Shown here: positions 17,663 to 24,494 of the stretch, in pieces
How positions within the stretch are numbered: position 1 is the first letter of the stretch
Layout: each line of letters opens with the position of its first letter
Assembly (NCBI GenBank): GCA_039683575.1
Contig: JBDKRC010000314.1
Coordinates: 1 to 25,899, forward strand
DNA from: Armatimonadia bacterium
Lineage (GTDB): Bacteria > Armatimonadota > Zipacnadia > Zipacnadales > UBA11051
Direction of reading: 5' to 3'
Length of the DNA: 25,899 nt
Position numbers and translations under genes: made by a program
The notes under the pieces: model-generated
The model's input: the letters and a program-made list of their open reading frames with translations, nothing else
What the model was told of the DNA's origin: nothing
The model's database searches: none

Positions 17663-18290
17663 CCTTGGCGGGGGGCGGCACAGGAGACCATCACGGTTCG
17701 TCACCAGCCGATAATCATCTCCCCAGCACGCTCCAGAGCCACCGGCCACCCATAGCAGACCCACAGGCAGGGGTCCCCCTACTGCAGAGCAAAGCCCCAC
17801 TTGGACGGTTCGAGTAGAGGTGCAGATGTTAGTCAGAGATGTTGGCTCCCCGACGGGGAAGCCTCCTGGATACATAACATCCGGGCCTTCGAGATCGCCC
17901 CGCCGCTGGTCATCCGCTTCTGACGGCGCGGGGGGCCAGTACCCCCGGGTGCGCTGCCCACGGCGTCGCACCCATCCGGCCGCCACGCACCGGCCCTCCT
18001 GCCGATGTCACCGCCGCCTGATCAGCCTCCAAACGTCTTTATCATCGAGCCCGCGTCCCCTCCAAAGCCTGTGAGACCGGCCTCTCAGCCAGCGCTTGCG
18101 GCGCAGACCAGTCTTCCACGCTTTTTGGAGCCTGCTTTTGGAGGCGCTCTTTGCCTTCACGGAGCCGGTACTTTCGCCTTTGGCTTCCAGAACACGGATG
18201 CGGTGAGTAAGCGGATCCATGAGCCCGCCGGTCGGTCGCTCGCAGCCTATGATATCCGTCCAACTGCAACTAGGTGCTAGTGTAGACCGT
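17619..18290. other. Hairpin-rich non-coding island, possible mobile-element end/att remnant or structured RNA
   Basis: Starts at the hydrolase break; about ten stems visible by eye; four CTCCAAA copies (two per strand); no credible long ORF. The right boundary is uncertain. Confidence 0.5.
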
Positions 18291-18316
18291 GCAGGTGCCA
18301 CGTCCTGCGCCGCGAA
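18291..18316 (+). promoter_or_regulatory. Candidate bipartite promoter GCAGG-N16-GCGAA ahead of a start with no strong Shine-Dalgarno site
   Basis: Ends 10 nt before ATG 18327, whose upstream region has only a minimal GGA; same geometry at 3506-3531 and 16763-16788. Confidence 0.35.
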
Positions 18317-18326
18317 CGGACCGTAT

Positions 18327-21260
18327 ATGAAACTCTGGACGCTTCTCCCTTTTGCCTGTCTCCTGTCGTCCGCCGTGCTCGCCCAAGGCCCGCGCAATGT
18401 CAGCGTCACCTTCAACGGTGAGAGTGAGTTGGCCGCCCCGCTCGCGCCTGGCCAGTAGCACACGGTCGTGGCCCACTGCCGCTATCCCGGGAAGATCTCG
18501 CTGCTGGTGGAAACATACCTGGTCTTCGCCAAGGGCGGTAACCTGCTGGGCGGCTGGGACATGGGGTATAAGCCGCCCTCAAACGAACTCATGATCATCA
18601 AGCACGGCTCCTGGAACGCAACCGAAGCGACTGGCCACCCCGGCGAAGCGAAGATCATCGAAAACGATCAGGGCTACATTGACTGCGAGCACACGCAGAT
18701 CGAGCAGACGGCGGATGAGATAACCGTCAGTTACCGGCTCAAGTTCAAGCCCGGTGGCCTCCGCGGCATGTGCAACGTGTATATGTACATCGCGGACAAG
18801 GACGTCAAGTACGAAGGCTTCACGCAGATGGGCGCGGTCGCCATCGATACCGATGCAGAGGTCACGCGCACTGACATGCCGGCGCAGTGGCGGAACGCCC
18901 TGCAGCCGCCAGGGACGGCCTCCGCGCCACTGACACTGGCCACTGACGGGCACGCGCGCTACAACGTCCTCCTCCCCCCCCAGCCCTCTGTCATCGAGGC
19001 GAAAGCAGCGAGCGAACTGTGCCAGGCACTCAGACTCATCACTGGCGCGGATTTCGCGACCGTCAACGAGGGCGACGCGGTCACGGGCCTCTTCATCAGC
19101 GTGGGACGCACCCGGAAGCTGGCCGGCTCCGCCGCCAAATGGAAGGGCGCCGATCTGGCTGCCGAGGGCTATGGCCTGGAGGTGGTCGGCCCGGACCTGT
19201 ACCTGTATGGCGGCAGCGGGCGCGGGCTCCTGAACGCGGTCTATGCCCTGCTCGAGGAGGACCTTGGCTGCCGGTGGTACGACACGGGCTCCGTGGATGT
19301 GCAGCGCCGCCCCGCGCTCACCGCGGCCATCGTGTCCCGCAAGGTCGTGCCGGCGCTGCAACTGCGCGACCCGTACATCCTGAGCATGCATGACCCCAAC
19401 TGGTCGCTGCACAACCGGACCAACACGCCGCACGCGCGCATTCCGCAAGCTTGGGGCGGGAGCCTGCGCTACTTTCACATGGGCCACACCTACGCCGCCT
19501 ACTTCCCCAGCGGCAGCTACTTCAAGGAACACCCGGAGTACTACTCGCTGGTCAACGGCAAGCGCCAGCCGTCACAGCTCTGCCAGACCAACGAGGACGT
19601 CATCCGGCTGAGCATTGAGAAAACCTGCCAGATCTTCCGCGACCATCCCGACGTCACCATCACCGCCATCGGCCCCAACGACGGTCGGGGCTTCTGCGAC
19701 TGCCCCAACTGCAGGAAGCTCAACGATGAGAACGGGGGGCGATCCGGCAGCTACTTCTACTTTCTGAACCGCATCGCAGCGGGTGTGAAGAAGGAATTCC
19801 CCAACAACCACATCATCTCGCTGGCGTACCTGGACTACGCCCCGCCACCGACGAAGTTCGAGGTGGACCCGTACATTATCATCCAGCTCTGCACCGACTC
19901 CCATGCCTGGAAGTATCAGTTCTGCCGCCTGGACGAGTCGCAGGACTTCCAGAAGATCATCAAAGCCTGGGAGCCCCGTCACAACCTCATCTACGTCTGG
20001 GACTACACCACCGATTACGTCCACTACCCCGTCCCCATGGCGAACTGGCAGGTCGTGGCGGCGAATACGCGCTTTCTGGTTCAGCACGGCGTTGATGGAA
20101 TCATGTACGAGTCCGAGGCGAACGACTGCGACGAGATGCGCGCATGGGTGTGGGCCCAGCAACTGTGGAACCCGAGCCTAGACCCCAAGGCGCTCATGCG
20201 GGACTTCATCTACGGCTACTACAAGCAGGCCGCCGGACCGATCTGGGATTATGAGCAGATGGTGCTGGATTACTGGGAGAACTGGCACAAACTGCCTCAC
20301 CAGTGCGGCAAGCCGTCGGATAACCCGCTGCTGAACAACTTGCAGTGCTCCTACTCGCCCGATGGGCCGATGTTCACCCCGGAGTTCATGGCGAAGATGC
20401 GGCAGTGCTTCGAAGCGGCCGAGAAGCTTGCGACCGACAAGGACGTCGCTGCGCGGGTGCGGCGGGCCGAGCTGCCGCTGCTATACCTGGAGCTCTGCCA
20501 GAACCTCGGCTACTACACCGAGTTCGGCGACTTCGTGTACGGCAGGAGCATCCGCCAGACCCCGGCGGCGAAGGAAGCCTTCCGCCCGAAGCTAGACGAG
20601 TTCGTCGCCCTATGTAAGGAGCGAGGCCTCACGACGCTCGGCATCCCTGCGTCCGTGGAAAAACTTACCGCGCGCTGGCGGCAGGCCATGGCCGCCGAGA
20701 GCGTCTCGCTGAACAAAATGATGTTCCCGTCGGAGTGGGTCTTTGCTGTCGACCCCGACGACCGTGGCATGCGGGACAAGTGCTACGCTGACGCGAAGAC
20801 GTTCGACGCCGTCGCCAGGCGGAACGCCGGCGCCTCGGCCGCGAGCCTCGGCAAGAACCTGACGGTCCTGCACACCAACCGCGGCGTAGGGTGGGAACAG
20901 CAAGGCTTCCCCGGCTTCGACGGCCCCGGCTGGTACTTCCAGACCATCCGTATCCCCGACGACCTGGCCGCGAAAGCACACCTGTACCTGGTGTTCCTTG
21001 GGATCAACGAGGAGGCGTGGGTATACGTGAACGGCCAACTCGCCGGCGAGCACACCTATGCCTCGACGGGCCGCGGCGTAGGCGAGTTGGGCGGGGCCTT
21101 CAGCATCGACGCGAAGCAGTGGCTCAAGCCTGGGGTGGACAACACGCTGGCCGTGCGAGTGATGCACAAGGCCGGTCTGGGCGGCATGTGGCTGCCGTCA
21201 CTGCTGGTGGGGACGGACAAGCCATGCACGACGGAGGAGTTGCAGCAGTACCGGTACTGA
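18327..21260 (+). pseudogene. Secreted DUF4838-domain protein with C-terminal GH2-type sugar-binding domain, interrupted by one in-frame TAG at 18456-18458
   Basis: Signal peptide MKLWTLLPFACLLSSAVLA at 18327 is in the same frame as ORF 18468-21260; junction PGQ*HTVVAHC. DUF4838 motifs HPEYYSLVNGKR, QLCQTN, NDGRGFCDCPNC, IYVWDY; C-terminal FDGPGWY and FLGINEEAWVYVNGQLAGEH. Confidence 0.8.
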
Positions 21261-21312
21261 ACTGAGTGCCGAGGCCGTATGCCCGGTAGATGAGTTCTGG
21301 AAACCTGCGCCC

Positions 21313-21545
21313 TCAGTCCCACTCGGCTATCCGCCAGCGCACGCCCGTCCGGGGAACGGGGACGTGGGACAGGGCCTCAGCCTCTTCGGGACTGTGCCCG
21401 TAGAGCCTGACGAAATCGGCCCGCAGGGTGCGAAAGGACCGGCGGCAGGCCGGCGGCACCGCGGCCAGGCATACTGCGCCAACCACGCGCAGATGAGGCC
21501 GGGAATGAGCAACAGGATCGGATAAAGAACAAACGGCGAGAGCAT
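21313..21545 (-). pseudogene. Small single-TM membrane protein gene, frameshifted
   Basis: Hydrophobic MLSPFVLYPILLLIPGLICAWLAQYAW in one frame; protein-like GC3-rich tail RRSFRTLRADFVRLYGHSPEEAEAL in another. Removing 11 nt at the direct repeat fuses them into 73 aa. Confidence 0.5.
21439..21458. repeat. 9-bp direct repeat CCGGCGGCA-gg-CCGGCGGCA at the frameshift
   Basis: Seen directly at 21439-21447 and 21450-21458. Confidence 0.8.
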
Positions 21546-21649
21546 GGGCACCTAACCGTAGACAAATTCCGCCCCCTACCGGGTTCCTCTGTGCATGGCA
21601 GCGGCGCGCCGTATGGTTGCCTGAACAGTACGCCCAAAGTCGAGGGGCG

Positions 21650-24016
21650 TCAGTCCTCGAGCAGGTCCTCACAGAGCGGAGAGTGGCTGCAACCGAGCAA
21701 GCGGTACTCTTCATTGGCCGCCTGCACGCGCTTCGCGACATCAAGAGAACTCTCGTACTGAGACCGCCGCACCGTGACCCATTCTTGCCACGCGAGTTTC
21801 GGGTCTGTGCCTAGTTGCCCTGTCAGGTAATAGACCCGCGCGGCCACGATCTCCTCGCACCAGAAGCATAGTCTCTCCTGTCGCAGCCACGCCCCCCGCT
21901 TGGTCTTCGCGAGATCCCAGTTGTTGTGCCCGCCATTCATCAGGCACTTGGGCTCGCAGTGCCAGACGCCGTGCTCGGACCAGCCGCCGACCCACAGCTT
22001 GCCGATCACGCTGTCGGTATCCCGGTTGAGCGCACCGCCTGGCGCCAGGTGCGCCCACGGCACGCGACTGCGGCGGCGATCGAAACATGAATTCCGTAAA
22101 TTGGTCATGCTGTCGCAGACGATTTCCGGCCCATTGACGGTGGCATCCGCATTGTAGATGTACTCGTCCCGCAGGGGGAAGAGCACGTGGCAAAATTCGT
22201 GGATGCTATTCTCGCCGAGGGCCGTGTTGACGATGATCTGCCTGCCGCCGACCGTCACTTTCGCGTTCCCGGCGCAGCCGCTGCCGACGCCTTTGCCGAC
22301 GAGGACGACGACCGTGTGTGAAAGCCGCCCATCGTATTCCAGCCCGTTGGCGCCGATCGTCTGGAGGTCTGCGGTGATCTGCTCGGCGCCGGCCGCTGAG
22401 ACTGGCCCGGCCACACTGCCGCCATAGCCCTGTGCCTGGGACTTGACCGGAAGGCCGTAGCGGGACTTCTGCGCAGCGGAGACCCGCTCGAGCGAAGGGG
22501 CCCAGACAGCGGTCACGCGAAAGGCGCCCTTCAGTTGCTGGAAGGGGATCTGGGAAAGAAAGCGGGCATACCAGCTCCGCACCCGCTGCTCGAACTCGGC
22601 ACGCTCGTCGGGCAAGTAGCCCTCGCCCACAATGAGCACGTCCAGGCGCCGTGCAGGATCGAGCGCAAGCTTTTGCCCCGGGTGGGCGAGGTCCGGAAGC
22701 CAGGGTTGCTCCCGGCCGGCGGCCCCGGCCTCGTAGTACAGGCGCTCCGGCGGGATGAGGGCCAGACCATCTGGGACGGCATCCGGCGGATCGGGTGCGA
22801 GTAAGACCGTCACTGGCTGTCTTCGTTGCTGCAGGATTAGATTCGGGTCCGGTGCCCAGATTGCGGAGACGCGGCGGTCGCTCTGATACAGTGCGATGCC
22901 GAAGTACGGCGCCGTGGTGCCGCCGGCGGTGGGACTCAGCCGGACGCGGAAGCGATAGCAGCCGCTTCGGGGTTCGCCGAGACGCAGGCAATCATCAAGC
23001 CCTGGGACCGGCGCCGGGAACTGCACCGCAGCATTCGCTGCGGGCAGTGGCACGGGTTGTTCGACACTGCCCGCGGCTAATCGGAGGCCATCCGGATCGA
23101 AATCGCCCGCGTGGGCGAAGCCCTCGGGGGTCAGCAGCAGAGTGGCGCCTGCCCAGTCGCCGTGATCGGAGCCAATGCCATCGCCGCCGTCCTCGATGAT
23201 CAGAACGACTTCATCCTTGCCGGTCAGATCCACGGACAGCAGGCGGGCCGGACTGTCCCGATGCAGCACCTCCGTCCGCGCCAGCAGCTTCCCGTCCGCC
23301 TCGACGCGGAAGGCGACGGTGCCTCCGGGTGCCTCGTCATCTAGTCCCACGACCGCCTGCAGCCGCGTCGCCATGCCCTTGAGGCGCAGGACGCAGCGGC
23401 TCACCGCGTGGGCGCCGACGCCGTGGAGGAATTGCAGGCCGTCGAGGCGCAGGGGGCGTCCCTCGACGCTCCGGCCCATTCCCGTGACGCCCCATCCGGA
23501 GGTCATGCCCCGTGCAACGCTGTCCAGCCAGATGCCTTCCGCCGGTGGGTCTTCCTGTTGCAGGCGCTGCATTAGCTCCACCTGCGCGCCCTCCAGCACG
23601 CCCGCCGCGGCGTCCTGCCCCCTTTCCACCGCGCAATCGAGAGGCGAGCGGCCGTCCCCATCCAGCAGGCCCGGATCGGCACCCGCTGAAAGCAGCAGTC
23701 GGATGGCCCGCAGATCGCCCTTGATCGCGGCGCCGTGCAGCGGCGTCAGCCCATGCAGGTTGCGGGCATTGGGATCCGCACCGGACTGCAGCAGCAAAGA
23801 CACCGCAGCGAAGCGGTCGCCATACAACGCCCAGTGCAGCGGCGTGCCGCCATGGACGGGATCTACGGCGCGCATGAGCGAGGGGTCAGCGGCGAGGTCG
23901 GCAGCCAATGCTGTAATGTCCCCGCGAGTCGCATCGGCGAAGATATCCGCGCGGGCGTCCTGGCGAAACATCAGGAGTGCAAGCAGGCCGAGAAACAGAA
24001 TCGTGAAACGATGCAT
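21650..24016 (-). CDS. Secreted ankyrin-repeat + NPCBM/NEW2 + M64-like (IgA peptidase family) metallopeptidase (788 aa)
   Basis: Start reassigned to ATG 24016 (signal peptide MHRFTILFLGLLALLMFRQDARA). Ankyrin: GGTPLHWA, GLTPLHGA, GRSPLDCA. NPCBM: GRSVEGRPLRL, HGVGAHA, VGLDDE, DGIGSDHGDWA. M64-like: LIVGEGY, HEFCH....LRDEY, CLM, LCFWC. Confidence 0.8.
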   Translation of the reverse strand: MHRFTILFLGLLALLMFRQDARADIFADATRGDITALAADLAADPSLMRAVDPVHGGTPLHWALYGDRFAAVSLLLQSGADPNARNLHGLTPLHGAAIKGDLRAIRLLLSAGADPGLLDGDGRSPLDCAVERGQDAAAGVLEGAQVELMQRLQQEDPPAEGIWLDSVARGMTSGWGVTGMGRSVEGRPLRLDGLQFLHGVGAHAVSRCVLRLKGMATRLQAVVGLDDEAPGGTVAFRVEADGKLLARTEVLHRDSPARLLSVDLTGKDEVVLIIEDGGDGIGSDHGDWAGATLLLTPEGFAHAGDFDPDGLRLAAGSVEQPVPLPAANAAVQFPAPVPGLDDCLRLGEPRSGCYRFRVRLSPTAGGTTAPYFGIALYQSDRRVSAIWAPDPNLILQQRRQPVTVLLAPDPPDAVPDGLALIPPERLYYEAGAAGREQPWLPDLAHPGQKLALDPARRLDVLIVGEGYLPDERAEFEQRVRSWYARFLSQIPFQQLKGAFRVTAVWAPSLERVSAAQKSRYGLPVKSQAQGYGGSVAGPVSAAGAEQITADLQTIGANGLEYDGRLSHTVVVLVGKGVGSGCAGNAKVTVGGRQIIVNTALGENSIHEFCHVLFPLRDEYIYNADATVNGPEIVCDSMTNLRNSCFDRRRSRVPWAHLAPGGALNRDTDSVIGKLWVGGWSEHGVWHCEPKCLMNGGHNNWDLAKTKRGAWLRQERLCFWCEEIVAARVYYLTGQLGTDPKLAWQEWVTVRRSQYESSLDVAKRVQAANEEYRLLGCSHSPLCEDLLED

Positions 24017-24027
24017 GCCTGAGATGA

Positions 24028-24036
24028 ATCCTAGCA
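24028..24036 (-). promoter_or_regulatory. Candidate extended -10 element TGcTAGGAT
   Basis: TGn-TAnnnT match ending 11 nt upstream of ATG 24016, which lacks a clear SD. Confidence 0.3.
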
Positions 24037-24238
24037 TCGTGATCGGCGGCACCGCCGTGGACGTAGCCGTTGCCTTCCGGGAGACACGGAGTGCCTCGTG
24101 GGAGAGGGTGGCGGCCCACGGAGCACCGCCTGTGGGCGAGCGCGAGTGGCTATGGTTACGGCGGCGAAGACAATAGCTACGGCGAACGGCGGATGGGTTA
24201 GGGCGGGGCCCCTCCATGCGGCACCGACGTCGCCGGCA

Positions 24239-24469
24239 TCCCTGCAGATCTCGCAGCACAGTGACCCGCAGCCCTAGCTCCTGGACCCGCCCCAGAGTCC
24301 CATCCACCATGATCGTGTCGCCGACGGCAAATTGGCCCTCCATCATCATGAACAGGCCGCTCAGGAAGTCGCGGATGAGGGATTGGACGCCGAGGCCGAT
24401 GGCGACCCCGGCAATGCCGGCGCTCATCAGCAGCGGCAGCAGGTTCACCCGCGCCACGCGCAGGGCCTG
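24239..24469 (-). pseudogene. Internal fragment of an MscS-family mechanosensitive channel gene
   Basis: LLMSAGIAGVAIGLGVQSLIRDFLSGLFMMMEGQFAVGDTIMVDGTLGRVQELGLRVTVLRDLQG matches the MscS TM3 and beta-domain signature. No N-terminal helices or C-terminal domain. Confidence 0.85.
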
Positions 24470-24494
24470 CGAGGGATTCGGAAGGTCGAGCCGT

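Noticed and set aside
17621..17900. IscB omega-RNA/HEARO, prompted by GTCAAGTCACC
   Set aside because: No complementary GTTGAC-type partner or other omega-RNA motifs seen, and no IscB/IsrB/TnpB ORF nearby.
17780..17920. tRNA gene, prompted by GGTTCGAGT and CGGGGAGCCA
   Set aside because: The two elements are on opposite strands and no cloverleaf can be built.
17627..18220. Minus-strand ORFs 18008-18220 (70 aa, basic) and 17627-17986 (119 aa, GGAGG upstream)
   Set aside because: No recognisable motifs, atypical codon usage, and they overlap the repeats and hairpins. Not excluded, but unsupported.
17619..18290. Group II intron interrupting the hydrolase
   Set aside because: No GTGCG at the junction, no domain V, no RT ORF and no downstream exon.
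18456..18458. Genome-wide TAG reassignment
   Set aside because: Five other genes in the window end in TAG at plausible C-termini.
21650..24457. 935-aa MscS-ankyrin-peptidase fusion as one protein
   Set aside because: The linker is non-protein-like; an internal signal peptide and promoter-like element support a start at 24016.
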